Positions 18,665 to 29,279 are shown, counted from the stretch's first letter. The stretch is 37,175 bases of DNA from an uncultured Oligoflexus sp. (GCA_964236955.1 CAXSGP010000043.1:1-37175); one strand, 5' to 3'. Notes: generated by a model from the sequence alone, not told the origin. Made by a program: numbers and translations.

Positions 18665-20860
18665 ATGAAGTTCATCCAAAAGCGCAGTTTAACACTAAGC
18701 CTTGTCCTCACCGCCTTATCAGCCTGTACAACCTCGCCGTCGGCATCGCGCCAAGCTCAGCTTGACTCCAAACCCATAGAAACAGCATCGCCCAAGCCGG
18801 CCCTTGCGAAAGTCGTGGATGCAAGTGACAGCTACCACGGGCTAACGGTAAAGGATCCCTATCGGTGGTTAGAGGCGGCCGATAGTGAGGAAACCAAAGC
18901 GTTCATTAAAGATCAAAACGGCTTTGCGAGGCAGTCCTTGGATAAGATAGCGGGCCGAGCCAAAATTCAGGCCGATGTTCGCGCTATATTGGAGGCCCAA
19001 TCCGAAAATTATGCCCATTTGAGCGAAGTAAAAGGCGCCTATTATGCCCTCAAACTACAGCCGCCCAAACAGCAACGCTACCTCGTTAAACTCACGAGCC
19101 TGAATAGTTCGAAGCAGGAACACGTTATACTCGACCCAGCGACTCTGGACCCCAAATCCCGAACCACCATCGACATGTACCGGGTCTCCCCCAATGGGAA
19201 ATGGGTTGCCGTTTCGCTCTCAGCCAATGGCAGTGAAGAGGGTGATATCTCGATTTTTGAAGTAACGACCGGAGAAAAGGTCTTTGAGAAGGTCCCGCGT
19301 GTTTACGTTGGCGGTGGGGATTTGGAATGGACCGCCGACAATGCCGGCTTCATCTATACCCGGTCCCCTCGCGGCGACGAACGTCCCCTAGAAGATAGGA
19401 ACGTGTATACCCAGATCTATTATCACAAGCTGGGAACGCCTACGGAGCGGGACCGCTATGAAATAGGAAAAGACTTTTTAAGAATAGGTCAACCTGTGTT
19501 CACCGACAGTAAGAATGGAAATCTCCTGCTGGCCCTTCAAAAAGGTGATGGTGGAGAGTTTCAGCACTATATCCGCATGAAGGATGGCAAATGGCGTCAA
19601 CTTGCCGACTTTGATGACAAGATTGCAAAGTTTGTGTTCGGTGAAAAAAACGATCTCTACGCTGTTTCGCTGAAGGATGCACCCCTTGGTAAAGTCGTGC
19701 ATGGATCAATAGAGCGGTTTGATATTCAAAAAGCAACGGTAGCGATTGAGGAAGGCAAAGATGCCATAGTCACCGACATCTACAGTTCCAATACGCTCCT
19801 TGCCGCAAATGGTAAGCTTTATGTCGAATATCAAAGCGGTGGCCCTTCGGAAATCCGCGCTTTTGAAGGGAAAGGGCTCCCTCAGCCAGCACCAAGAGCC
19901 CCGCCGGTATCAAGCATAAGCAACATCGTGGCGATCAGCCAGGGAAGAATCCTGTTTGCTGCGGGGTCCTTTCTGGAACCTACCACCTACTATACCTTTG
20001 ATTCGAAGACAGGGCTGACAACGAAGACCGCGCTTGCCGAGAACAATCCGCTTGATGTGAAAGGCTTCAATGTCACGAGAGAGTTTGCACGATCCAAAGA
20101 TGGCACGATGATTCCCGTAAGTATAGTCCTACCGAAAGGCGTGAAGCCGGGCGATTCTATTCCTTTTATCGTCACCGGATACGGCGGCTTTAATATCAAC
20201 TATGAGCCCCGGTTCCTAGGTGCCTACGGCGCCTTGCTTAAGGCTGGGGTAGGGTATGCTTCTGTCAATCTGCGGGGCGGAAGCGAATATGGAGCGAGGT
20301 GGCATGAACAGGGCAGTATGCTTCAAAAACAAAACGTTTACGATGACTTCATCGGCGCCGTTGAGCATCTGATCCATAAAAAATTTGCCGATCCAAAACG
20401 CATCGCCATTATCGGCGGTTCAAACGGCGGTTTGTTGATGGGCGCGGTGTTAACGCAAAGACCCGAGCTTTTTCGGGCGGTGGTCGGCATGGTCGGCTAT
20501 TACGATATGATTCGTTATGAAAGCGAAGCGAACGGCCAGCTCAATGCCACGGAATACGGCAGCGTCAAGGAAAAAGCTCAGTTCGACGCCTTATATGCTT
20601 ATTCTCCCTACCATCATATTAAGGAGGGAGTTGCGTATCCGGCGACCTTATTTACGGTCGGTGCAACCGATGTGAGAGTTGCACCCTGGCACTCGAGAAA
20701 GATGACCGCGCGTATGCAAGCTGCCACGACCGGAGAATGGCCCTTGTTGCTAACGACCTTCGATAGCGGCCACGGTGCCGGATCTTCCGTGCAGCAGAGG
20801 ATTGAACAGTTTACGGATAGTTTTAGTTTTGTATTGAATCAATTTGGAATGGCCAGATAG
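18665..20860 (+). CDS. Prolyl oligopeptidase (S9A), lipoprotein
   Basis: Lipobox LSA|C; DPYRWLE, SKDGTMIP, GYGGF, NLRGGSEYG, GGSNGG (Ser), DVRV (Asp), SGHG (His). Confidence 0.93.
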   Translation: MKFIQKRSLTLSLVLTALSACTTSPSASRQAQLDSKPIETASPKPALAKVVDASDSYHGLTVKDPYRWLEAADSEETKAFIKDQNGFARQSLDKIAGRAKIQADVRAILEAQSENYAHLSEVKGAYYALKLQPPKQQRYLVKLTSLNSSKQEHVILDPATLDPKSRTTIDMYRVSPNGKWVAVSLSANGSEEGDISIFEVTTGEKVFEKVPRVYVGGGDLEWTADNAGFIYTRSPRGDERPLEDRNVYTQIYYHKLGTPTERDRYEIGKDFLRIGQPVFTDSKNGNLLLALQKGDGGEFQHYIRMKDGKWRQLADFDDKIAKFVFGEKNDLYAVSLKDAPLGKVVHGSIERFDIQKATVAIEEGKDAIVTDIYSSNTLLAANGKLYVEYQSGGPSEIRAFEGKGLPQPAPRAPPVSSISNIVAISQGRILFAAGSFLEPTTYYTFDSKTGLTTKTALAENNPLDVKGFNVTREFARSKDGTMIPVSIVLPKGVKPGDSIPFIVTGYGGFNINYEPRFLGAYGALLKAGVGYASVNLRGGSEYGARWHEQGSMLQKQNVYDDFIGAVEHLIHKKFADPKRIAIIGGSNGGLLMGAVLTQRPELFRAVVGMVGYYDMIRYESEANGQLNATEYGSVKEKAQFDALYAYSPYHHIKEGVAYPATLFTVGATDVRVAPWHSRKMTARMQAATTGEWPLLLTTFDSGHGAGSSVQQRIEQFTDSFSFVLNQFGMAR

Positions 20861-21094
20861 ATGTTTCTAGCTTGAACGACCGTATTACATACTTTTATTG
20901 GTAAATCCTTTCCTGCTCATCCATGGCAATCGCCTTTTTCCGGAGGCAGGATTTGCAGACTCAGGTACCTGCAGATCGGCTTAATAGACTGACTTTCCAA
21001 AGTTTCAAAAAACGAAACTTGTTGGATCCAGATCTTATCCTGTAGAAGGACGGAGAATAAGAACAGGCAGCCCGACTGCTGAATAGGATCACTT

Positions 21095-22273
21095 ATGAAA
21101 AACAAAGTATTTATTGCAGGACTCTTTACCTTAGCTGTTTCGGCATGTGGGCAACAAGGCAGCTCCCATCTTGATGGACACTTTGAAAATTCAAGCAGCC
21201 AAGAGGCCAATAAATTTAGTGGGTCGCAGATTATCCCACCCGAATATGCCCCCGTCGACAGTGTCATCGTCTCAGAGGCTTTAATCACGAATTATGGTCG
21301 TGAAGATTTAATCCAAGCAATTTTGGATGCCGGTGCCCAGTCGGTATTGATGGCAGTCCCTCGCAATAGCTCGACATCCACAAGCACTTTGACCTACAGT
21401 AATTTGCGTCAAATGATAGGCAAACGCATAGCGCAGGTTAAGTTGCTTCCCCAGACCGCCAGCGGCACGCTTACCGTTTGGGCCCGCGATTGGTCGCCCC
21501 TTTCCGCGATAAGTAAGGATGGCAAGATTCGCCTTCTTGATTTGAATTATTATCCTGAACGTCCTGCTGACGATTCGATGGCGCGTACCCTTGAAAAAAC
21601 CATGGGCTATAGCCGGGTGAGTGTTCCGGTTTATAATGAAGGTGGCAACTTCATGGATAATGGTCGTCAGGAATGTTTGATGACCACGCGCGTTACCGAT
21701 GCCAATGCTACCCAGGCCATTGCCGGCGATTTGATTTTGGATGCCGAGCAAGTTAGCGCTTACTACAAGGATTTTGGAGGTTGTTCGAAGGTTTCCATAT
21801 TCCCTCGTATGCCTAATGAAAAAACTGGCCATATCGATATGTGGGGAAAATTTCTTGATGATGACACTGTCATCGTAAACCAGGTCAGCGTTGAAACCAT
21901 TAGCTATGCAAAATCCGCGAGCGCACGCAGCTTTGCTCTGAAAATTCAGGCTTTTATGGACGAACGAGCCGCAGAAATCGAAAATTTGGGTTACCGAGTC
22001 GTACGCATACCGATGCCTCTACCTCAGTTAGGCCTCTTCCGTTCTTACACGAACTCGCTGCTCGTCAATGGAACTGCGATCCTTACTGATTACGTTCAGA
22101 GAGGCTATGCGGATGACGCTTTGATGGGTCACTACAAAGCAGCTGCAAAAAAAGCCTACGAAGATCTTGGCTATAAGACGTCCTGGATTCCAAGCGATGA
22201 ATTGATTGCGACAGGTGGTGCCATTCATTGTGTGACGATGCAGATTCCAAAATCCAACCCTACTCCAAACTAA
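21095..22273 (+). CDS. Agmatine/peptidylarginine deiminase family protein, lipoprotein
   Basis: Lipobox VSA|C; PPEY, WARDW, EGGN, TGHIDM, SYTN, GGAIHCVT (catalytic Cys). Confidence 0.88.
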   Translation: MKNKVFIAGLFTLAVSACGQQGSSHLDGHFENSSSQEANKFSGSQIIPPEYAPVDSVIVSEALITNYGREDLIQAILDAGAQSVLMAVPRNSSTSTSTLTYSNLRQMIGKRIAQVKLLPQTASGTLTVWARDWSPLSAISKDGKIRLLDLNYYPERPADDSMARTLEKTMGYSRVSVPVYNEGGNFMDNGRQECLMTTRVTDANATQAIAGDLILDAEQVSAYYKDFGGCSKVSIFPRMPNEKTGHIDMWGKFLDDDTVIVNQVSVETISYAKSASARSFALKIQAFMDERAAEIENLGYRVVRIPMPLPQLGLFRSYTNSLLVNGTAILTDYVQRGYADDALMGHYKAAAKKAYEDLGYKTSWIPSDELIATGGAIHCVTMQIPKSNPTPN

Positions 22274-22308
22274 AGTCGCTGGGAGGGAATCTCTACCATT
22301 CCAAAGGA

Positions 22309-22334
22309 GAGCCAGCTCCTCGCTCAGCTGGCTC
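22309..22334. terminator. Hairpin between convergent genes
   Basis: GAGCCAGCT-N8-AGCTGGCTC, a 9-bp stem with no clear U-tract. Confidence 0.45.
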
Positions 22335-22369
22335 CCCATTACAAAAGCCGATCTCAAAGTCCAGGAGGC

Positions 22370-23032
22370 CTACTCAGGAGGCGGTAAAATGCCTTGCCCG
22401 AAAGCCTCATGTGCATTTAAAGACTTCAGCCAGCCCGTGAGGGAGAGGCGGCGGCGATTGGTTTTGCGAACCTCATGCAGTATCCTATCGCTTTGAAAGA
22501 CGACCAGAGTTCCCATTTCTGGCCTAATCTCCGCGATAACCTGTTGGGGATGAAGCGGATCATAGATCAAAAGCTCACCGTCGTCTCCATCAAGCCAATC
22601 TTCATTTAAAAACAAAATAATGGATAAAAGACGGCCCGGGTCATCCCGGAAGCGATCCACGTGCTTTTGATAGGAGGTCCCGGGTTCATAACATGCAAAA
22701 TGACTTTCATAGGAGTTGATCGATAAAAAGAAGCTTTCATTGAGGGCAATGGCTAAATCAGCAACTTCCTTCATCCAGAATTTTATTGAGGGATTGGGGT
22801 CGCTATTTTCAAGCCAGTGTATCGTATCGCTGCGGATGGATTGGTTTTCGGATTGCTTCTTGTTTCGTCCAATTAGGGCCTGGGTGAAAGCGCCCGAGGA
22901 AAAACGCTCGAGAAGCTTGACGACAAGGGCCTGGCAGGCGAGCGTGCTTACGGCATTGGGTACTTGTGCCCATCCATGATCCGACAAATCATCCAGGAGT
23001 CTCGGTAGCTGCAGCAGCAGAGATTGATTCAC
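22370..23032 (-). CDS. 2OG-Fe(II) oxygenase, EGLN/SM-20 prolyl-hydroxylase-like
   Basis: IRSDTIHW, HFACY, YQKHVD (HxD), FLNEDW, HEV (distal His), RLSLTGW (RxS). Confidence 0.88.
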   Translation of the reverse strand: MNQSLLLQLPRLLDDLSDHGWAQVPNAVSTLACQALVVKLLERFSSGAFTQALIGRNKKQSENQSIRSDTIHWLENSDPNPSIKFWMKEVADLAIALNESFFLSINSYESHFACYEPGTSYQKHVDRFRDDPGRLLSIILFLNEDWLDGDDGELLIYDPLHPQQVIAEIRPEMGTLVVFQSDRILHEVRKTNRRRLSLTGWLKSLNAHEAFGQGILPPPE

Positions 23033-23412
23033 GTTGAGCCTGCTTGATAAAACCAGGTCAGGGGATGCATGCCTGCCTGTTTCGGTTTACCTCATGGGAA
23101 CTTTGACCTTAACCTGCCTATGTCCCGCTCAGGATTTTCTCCCCTAAGCAAATACCGGCAGCCTCTGGGATCTTTGCTTAAATATGGGGAAGTAGCGAGA
23201 GGCAAAGATTTTGTCGATTCTAAGCTCCTTTGCATTTACCCAGCCCTTTGCCTTGGCAAAAGATCCCAACTGGGAAGTCTGAAACAGTACTTTTGTAATG
23301 GAGTCGTGACAGGCGATGTCTGCAAATGAGCCGGAGTTAAGACGTATACACATGATAATACTGATATCTATAAAACGAAAGTCAAAATAAAACCCGGCTA
23401 ATATTGATTTAT

Positions 23413-23439
23413 TAATTAAACCAGGGTATATTCCGATAA
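23413..23439 (+). promoter_or_regulatory. Sigma28-like promoter candidate
   Basis: TAAT-N15-TCCGATAA, 25 nt upstream of the DUF2239 start. Confidence 0.5.
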
Positions 23440-23464
23440 GCTTGAAAATAGCAGAAAGGAGTTC

Positions 23465-24043
23465 ATGATGACACATGATTCAATTCGTAATTGCACCGCC
23501 TTTGCCGGGACTCGAAAACTTGCCAGTGGCACCTTAACGGAGCTTGCATCAAAGATTAAGGTTTACTTCGATCAACAGACGAACGAAACACTTTTGATTT
23601 TTGATGATGTCACCAGTATTCAGGTTGAACTTGACCTTCGGGGATCCCTTGCGGATGTCATGGAGCGTCTCCAGCCGTACGAAGCGGGAAATCAGGAAAA
23701 GTCTAAGCCTGGAAGACCTAAGCTGGGAGTCATCTCGCGCGAGATTGGGCTCTTGCCAAGGCATTGGGATTGGTTGGCGCTGCAGCCCGGTGGGGCATCG
23801 GTGACTCTTCGAAAGCTTGTGGAAGAGGCAAGAAAACAAAACGTGGGTCAGGATTTGATTCGCCAATCGCAGAACGCGGCCTACAGTTTTATGGCAGCCA
23901 TGGCCGGTGATCTTATTCATTTTGAAGAAGCCACTCGGGCATTTTTTGCAAAAAATAGGGCACTTTTCGAAACACTTACAGCGGCATGGCCCAAGGATAT
24001 TCGGGAACACGTCTTAAAAGTCGGAGCGGCAGCTTTTGGATAA
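23465..24043 (+). CDS. DUF2239 family protein
   Basis: Signature PGRPKLGVISREIGLLPRHWDWLALQPGGASVTLRKLVEEA, AYSFMAAMAGDL, FEEATRA, WPKDI. AAGGAG RBS. Confidence 0.88.
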   Translation: MMTHDSIRNCTAFAGTRKLASGTLTELASKIKVYFDQQTNETLLIFDDVTSIQVELDLRGSLADVMERLQPYEAGNQEKSKPGRPKLGVISREIGLLPRHWDWLALQPGGASVTLRKLVEEARKQNVGQDLIRQSQNAAYSFMAAMAGDLIHFEEATRAFFAKNRALFETLTAAWPKDIREHVLKVGAAAFG

Positions 24044-24158
24044 ATATAAAATAATAAACAGAATACCTCCTTGCCACTCACGATCTTTCAAAAGGTGCAG
24101 GAGTCTTTCAAGTCCCTGAGGTCTTTGCTCAGGGAGCCTATACCGATTACGGCAAAAA

Positions 24159-26039
24159 TTATTTTTTAGTTTCTGCGACAATGGCTTCGGCTTGGTCCAG
24201 GGCCTTCTCCATGGCAGCAAATGAAATCTTATAGGGCTCGGTTCCGCTCATATCGATGCCACCCAGCTTCAAGAGATCGAGCGGATACAGTGATCCCCCG
24301 GCTTTTAGCATAGACAGGTAATTGTCACGGGCCTTTGGTCCCTCGGCGAGTACTTTTTCAGCCAGAGCATTGGAGGCTATAAAACTCGTCGTGTATTGAA
24401 AGACATAGAATTGCCCATAAAAGTGCGGAATAAAGGCCCATTCCACGGCATAGAGAGGATCGATTTTGACAACGCCTTCGGCATCACCATAATATTCCTT
24501 TAAAAGATCGAGATAGGTTTTATCCAAAAGATCGGCAGTGAGCGTGCTGCCCTTTTGCGCCAGTTCATGGACTTTCCATTCAAAATCGGCAAAGAAAGCC
24601 TGACGAAATACTGTTGTTCGGAAATTTTCGAGAATTTGGCCTAGGACAAAGAGTTGAAATTTAGGGTCTTTATTGCTTCCCAAGAGATGGTGGTGCAAGA
24701 GATTCTCATTGAAAGTCGAAGCCACCTCAGCGGCAAAGATGGGGTAATCGGAGTATTGATAAGGCTGGAATTTGGTCGAATAGAAACTATGGGCTGCATG
24801 CCCAAACTCATGAAGATAAGTCGAGACACTATCATAGTCATTATTATAGTTCATCAGGAGGTAAGGATGGACATCATAGGCAGAACCGTCCATATACGCG
24901 CCACCGACCTTGCCTTTGGCAGGATAGACGTCGACCCAACGCTCGTTGATAGAACGTTCCAGAATTGCGGCATAGTCCCCGCCCAGCGGTTTGATCGTTT
25001 CACGTGCAAGCTTTTGGGCTTCAGTAAATGTGTATTGAGGGGCCGCCGTCTCAGTCAGGGGAAGGTAGAGATCGGAATATTTTAACTCTTTTAAGCCCAA
25101 TACCTTTTGCTTGAGTTTGAGATAACGCCAAAGGAGAGGCCGATAGGTCTTCACCTGCTCGATCATACGGGAATAGACAGTGAGTGGGACATTGGTCACG
25201 CTTAGTGCCGCTTCCACATCGCTGGAATAGTGATTGGCTTTCCGATAGAAAGCATCGCGACTGACCATGCTATTGAAATTTGCAGCGTAGGTTTCGCGAA
25301 AATCCTTATACGTTCCAAAAAATGCCTGAAATACTTTTTCCCTATCTTCTGTGACTTTGGACTGACGATACTTGCCGAAGGCCGGGGCGGTGATCTGTAC
25401 TGATTCGCCACTTTTCAGCGTAATCTTGGGAAAGGGCAGGTTCAGGGTGGTCAGCGCATGGAAGACGTCGCTCGATCCTTCGGCAAGTTCCGATGCGTAT
25501 GCCAAAATCTCGTTTTCTTTTGCGGATAGGGTATGAGCTCTTAGGCGGACGATATTGTCGAGAACCAGCCGATAAGCCTTGAGTGCCGGATCATTTCTAA
25601 AGCTATTCAGCTTATTTTCAGGGATAGCAATGATTTCACTATTGATCGAGCTGGACGCTTCGCCCAATCGCGCAGCAATTTTGCCGGCCTGGCCTTTCAT
25701 GGCCTGCGCTTTGGCATCATCCCCATTAGCTGACACCTTCTGACCCGCATAGTTTGAAAGGCGTGCTGACTCTTTTTGAGCCTTGAAATACACGTCAAAA
25801 CACTGAGCGGTGCCTTTCGGTGAACGACTCCATTGGCCCTTGCATTTTTCGACGGGTGGGATCAAGGACTCGACAAGCATTGCTGCTTGACTCCAGGCCT
25901 CATCGCTCGGATAGAGAGCGCTAAGGTCCCATCGATCATTTTCCGATCCTTCGGCAAACACGGCATGGGGGAGTAGAAGCGACAGACTTACGCAGGCTAG
26001 TGTGGTGAAGGCGGCATTACGCCAAATAGAAAAGGTCAC
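24159..26039 (-). CDS. pepF: Oligoendopeptidase F (M3B) with signal peptide
   Basis: WDLSALY, WVDVYP, GKVGGAY, HPYLLMNY, HEFGH, AEVAS, TVFRQ, WAFIPHFY, FYVFQY. Signal ending VFA. AAGGAG before GTG. Confidence 0.92.
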   Translation of the reverse strand: MTFSIWRNAAFTTLACVSLSLLLPHAVFAEGSENDRWDLSALYPSDEAWSQAAMLVESLIPPVEKCKGQWSRSPKGTAQCFDVYFKAQKESARLSNYAGQKVSANGDDAKAQAMKGQAGKIAARLGEASSSINSEIIAIPENKLNSFRNDPALKAYRLVLDNIVRLRAHTLSAKENEILAYASELAEGSSDVFHALTTLNLPFPKITLKSGESVQITAPAFGKYRQSKVTEDREKVFQAFFGTYKDFRETYAANFNSMVSRDAFYRKANHYSSDVEAALSVTNVPLTVYSRMIEQVKTYRPLLWRYLKLKQKVLGLKELKYSDLYLPLTETAAPQYTFTEAQKLARETIKPLGGDYAAILERSINERWVDVYPAKGKVGGAYMDGSAYDVHPYLLMNYNNDYDSVSTYLHEFGHAAHSFYSTKFQPYQYSDYPIFAAEVASTFNENLLHHHLLGSNKDPKFQLFVLGQILENFRTTVFRQAFFADFEWKVHELAQKGSTLTADLLDKTYLDLLKEYYGDAEGVVKIDPLYAVEWAFIPHFYGQFYVFQYTTSFIASNALAEKVLAEGPKARDNYLSMLKAGGSLYPLDLLKLGGIDMSGTEPYKISFAAMEKALDQAEAIVAETKK

Positions 26040-26229
26040 AGTTTCTCCTTTTATGATGCGCTCACTCAGGCATCGGGTGAGTCAAGCTAAACTGAGATCT
26101 GAACTTTCTATTCAGCCTGGTCTTAAGTCAAGCAGACAAAATAAAATTGTCCCCTCGCGTCATCTTTTGAAATTTTGAAGGCAAACCGCTGCGGATAGGG
26201 GCAGGGTCGCCGGGCCTTGCCCAGAAACC

Positions 26230-26258
26230 AAAAGAGGAAGCCTATGATTAAGGCTTCC
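26230..26258 (-). terminator. Probable terminator after the Ig-repeat lipoprotein gene
   Basis: GGAAGCCT-N7-AGGCTTCC preceded by AAAAGA on the plus strand. Confidence 0.55.
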
Positions 26259-26295
26259 CCAATTATTCGTTCCGTAAACTCTTTAAGATTTCCGA

Positions 26296-27675
26296 TTAAG
26301 GAAGATATTTTATCTTAAAAGTAAGGTCCAGACGGGAGTGGTAACAGTCCTCATCTTCGTTGTCGCCGGTAGCGGTCAAAGTCACCGGAACCTCGGTCCT
26401 GCCTTCAACGTGAAGGGCTATGGGGGCAATTTTGGAACTTGGAAGGTTCAACGTCACAGGGCCCTGCTTATCTGTGGTCGGAAACGCACATTCCGTGGCG
26501 TCACCGATACAGTAGGGGGTACCATCGAATATTTTGAATACCTTAGTAACGACATCTTTGAAATTCCAGATGAACACGCCATTTTTTTGCTGTAGGTAAG
26601 TCGTCAGTATCACATTGCTCACGAAGATAATCTGTTTGTCGATCGCGAGAATGAGAAGGTCATCATAGTGAAGCGTCTGATTTTTGGGTGACTCGATGGA
26701 CAGGTCACAGATTTTACCTGCAGGGAGATTGAGCACTTCCTCCGAAGTTTCTGAAGCCTGCACGCCACCTTCCAATCGACCTCTGTTTTCTCCCATATTC
26801 CAGCTACAATCCTTGCGCTCGTTGAAAATGATTTTTTGAGTCGTTTCCTTGAGAAGGGCGGCCTTGGTTTTGCAGGCCGTCTTGAGGTCTTCGATTTCTA
26901 CCGTTGTATCCGCCGGTATAATATTGAGGGACGTTGTGCCCATTACCGACTTGTCGGCAAGCAGGGTCGCCGTGATAATCACTGCAAAAGTTTCTTTGCC
27001 TTCATGGGGGCTAGTATAAACGCCTGTGGTGGGTTCGATCCTACCGATATCTTTGCCGCTCGGCCCGCTCACCGTCCAGCTAACGGGAGGATTGGGAGTG
27101 CCGTCCTTTAATTTCGCTATGGCCTGGGTCATTCCACCACCAACTTTAATGCTGTTGACCGGCACGCTGACGATAAGCTCCGGCTTCATTGCCGCCGGAA
27201 TTACATTGATCGCTACGGAGTCCTTTACCTTGGGGTCAGACTTTAACGTCGCGGTGATGACGACCGGATATTTTTCGGTGCCGCTCGCGGGGCTGGTATA
27301 GACACCATTCATATCGATCATGCCGGGGTCTTTACCGGCAGCAGCGGTTACAGTCCAGGTCACAGGGGGTTTTTTCGTGCCATCTTTAAGCTCAGCCGTC
27401 GCTTGGGTGCTAGCGCTTCCGACCATAATTTCTTTGACGGGAACACTGACGATAAGGCCATTATCAGCCTCGGCCGCCGGATCTTCCATTTTTCCATCCC
27501 CACCGTCGCCGTCACCCGTTCCGTCGCCGCTGGGATCAGAGTCTCCACCACCGGTATCACCAATGTCGGCCTTTTGTTGAATCGAGAGCGATTTATCCAC
27601 GCTTTTAAAGCCGGCTTTGCGACAGGCGCCCATAAAGGTCACAAACATTAACAGCACGAAAAAATAATTTTTCAC
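26296..27675 (-). CDS. Lipoprotein with Asp/Gly linker, two Ig-like (Big_2-like) repeats and a Cys-containing C-terminal domain
   Basis: GGAG before GTG 27675 gives MKNYFFVLLMFVTFMGA|C. Two units of about 90 aa: LIVSVPV, LKDGT, PPVxWTV, GVYTSP, ITATL, IPA. Confidence 0.75.
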   Translation of the reverse strand: MKNYFFVLLMFVTFMGACRKAGFKSVDKSLSIQQKADIGDTGGGDSDPSGDGTGDGDGGDGKMEDPAAEADNGLIVSVPVKEIMVGSASTQATAELKDGTKKPPVTWTVTAAAGKDPGMIDMNGVYTSPASGTEKYPVVITATLKSDPKVKDSVAINVIPAAMKPELIVSVPVNSIKVGGGMTQAIAKLKDGTPNPPVSWTVSGPSGKDIGRIEPTTGVYTSPHEGKETFAVIITATLLADKSVMGTTSLNIIPADTTVEIEDLKTACKTKAALLKETTQKIIFNERKDCSWNMGENRGRLEGGVQASETSEEVLNLPAGKICDLSIESPKNQTLHYDDLLILAIDKQIIFVSNVILTTYLQQKNGVFIWNFKDVVTKVFKIFDGTPYCIGDATECAFPTTDKQGPVTLNLPSSKIAPIALHVEGRTEVPVTLTATGDNEDEDCYHSRLDLTFKIKYLP

Positions 27676-27712
27676 TTTAACTCCGTCAAACTCTAGCAGG
27701 CAGTAAGATGCC

Positions 27713-27739
27713 TTATCGGTAGATTCAGGCACAACTTGA
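27713..27739 (-). promoter_or_regulatory. Sigma28-like promoter candidate
   Basis: Minus strand TCAA-N15-ACCGATAA, 37 nt upstream of GTG 27675. Confidence 0.55.
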
Positions 27740-27953
27740 GATAAAAACACAGGAGCTGAAAGTCTTTAGGAATCTCAGTGAGTTAGTGATCGAAAAATCG
27801 CTGATTTGAAGAACTGTAATGAGGGGCATTCACTCTGTTTGAATAATGGGAAGGCAAGCTTCGACCGCCTTTTGAGTGCGCTCTTTAGGATTTAGGACGA
27901 CAGATATCGCCTTTCTTGGCATTATAGGGTTCGAATAGCAGTGAGGTACTTAA

Positions 27954-29279
27954 GTGAGCGCACAGAAGGCCTATCAAAGTTGGGGGCTCTATCCCGGTGT
28001 CGTTCAAAGACCCTTGGTTTGGACGGACAGAGGGCAAAACCTTCCTCGGGTGGATGCGAGCGGATCGGTCCTCTGCTTTGGTTTGGGGCGGAGTTATGGG
28101 GATTCCTGTTTAAACGCGGGTGGCTCTATCATCCCGACCCTTTATTTGAATCACTTTCTTGGATTTGATCCTGCGACCGGACTTATTCGCTGTGAGGCGG
28201 GAGTTTCCTTCGCCGATATTTTAAAGGTTATTGTTCCACAGGGCTGGTTTCTGCCCGTTACTCCGGGCACCAAATTCGTCACGGTTGCCGGAGCCATTGC
28301 CAATGATATCCACGGCAAGAACCACCATGTGGACGGCAATTTTGGGCACCATGTTCTGCAATTCGAGCTGCTCCGGTCCGATGGCATTCGTATGACCTGC
28401 AGCAAGGCAGAGAACAGTGGGATGTTCCATGCGACGATTGGCGGACTGGGACTTACCGGTGCCATCACCTGGGCGGAATTTCAACTCAAACGCATCAACA
28501 ATCCCTTTATCGCCCAGGAGGTTGTCCGCTTTGAAAACCTCCGTGAGTTCTTTCAACTCAGTCAGGAATCGGAGCATGATTACGATTACACGGTATCTTG
28601 GGTCGACTGTCTGGCCAAAGGCGAAAGCCTGGGTCGCGGCCATTTTATGAGAGGCAATCATGCCCCCCAACGCATCGAGGAGCCTAAAGGTTGGGCACCG
28701 CCGCCGGAGCTTGCGGTCCCCTTTTTCTTTCCGAACTGGGCTCTCAACCCTCTGTCAGTGAAAGCCTTCAACCTGCTTTATTTCAATAAACAACGGGTCC
28801 GATCCAAGGCCAGCATTATACCCTTCGATCCTTTCTTTTACCCTCTTGACGCCATCCATAAGTGGAACCGAATATATGGTAAAAGAGGTTTTTTACAGTG
28901 GCAGTGTGTGGTGCCTTTCAACCAGGGTGAAGAAGCCATTCGAGAAATCTTTCACCGAATTGCCAAGTCTCGGCTCGGTTCCTTTCTCGCAGTCCTAAAA
29001 ACGTTTGGTGCGGTACCGGCCATAGGCATGCTGTCCTTTCCAAGGGAGGGTGTGACTCTAGCACTGGATTTCCCAAATGTTGGCGAAAAGTTAATGAGCC
29101 TCCTGACTGATCTCGACAGGCTCGTGGGAGCCAGCGGCGGGGCTATTTATCCTGCCAAGGATGCCCGGATGAGCGCGGCCATTTTTCATCAGGGCTATCC
29201 ACGTCTGGAAGAATTCAAGCCCTACAAAGATCCTCAATTTTCGAGTTCCTTCTGGCAACGGATGACGGAGAGCCATTGA
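27954..29279 (+). CDS. FAD-linked oxidoreductase, DprE1-like (prenylphosphoryl-ribose oxidase)
   Basis: GLGRSYGD, PVTPGTKFVTV, DIHGKNHH, GGLGLTG, WNRIYG, GFLQWQ, SFLAVLK, LSFP, LDFP, YPAKD. Confidence 0.88.
   Translation: MSAQKAYQSWGLYPGVVQRPLVWTDRGQNLPRVDASGSVLCFGLGRSYGDSCLNAGGSIIPTLYLNHFLGFDPATGLIRCEAGVSFADILKVIVPQGWFLPVTPGTKFVTVAGAIANDIHGKNHHVDGNFGHHVLQFELLRSDGIRMTCSKAENSGMFHATIGGLGLTGAITWAEFQLKRINNPFIAQEVVRFENLREFFQLSQESEHDYDYTVSWVDCLAKGESLGRGHFMRGNHAPQRIEEPKGWAPPPELAVPFFFPNWALNPLSVKAFNLLYFNKQRVRSKASIIPFDPFFYPLDAIHKWNRIYGKRGFLQWQCVVPFNQGEEAIREIFHRIAKSRLGSFLAVLKTFGAVPAIGMLSFPREGVTLALDFPNVGEKLMSLLTDLDRLVGASGGAIYPAKDARMSAAIFHQGYPRLEEFKPYKDPQFSSSFWQRMTESH

Noticed and set aside
26176..26225. 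GGCAAACC as the start of a c-di-GMP-I riboswitch
   Set aside because: Lacks the GNRA-capped stem and the downstream GACGCAAAG element, and no same-strand gene follows.
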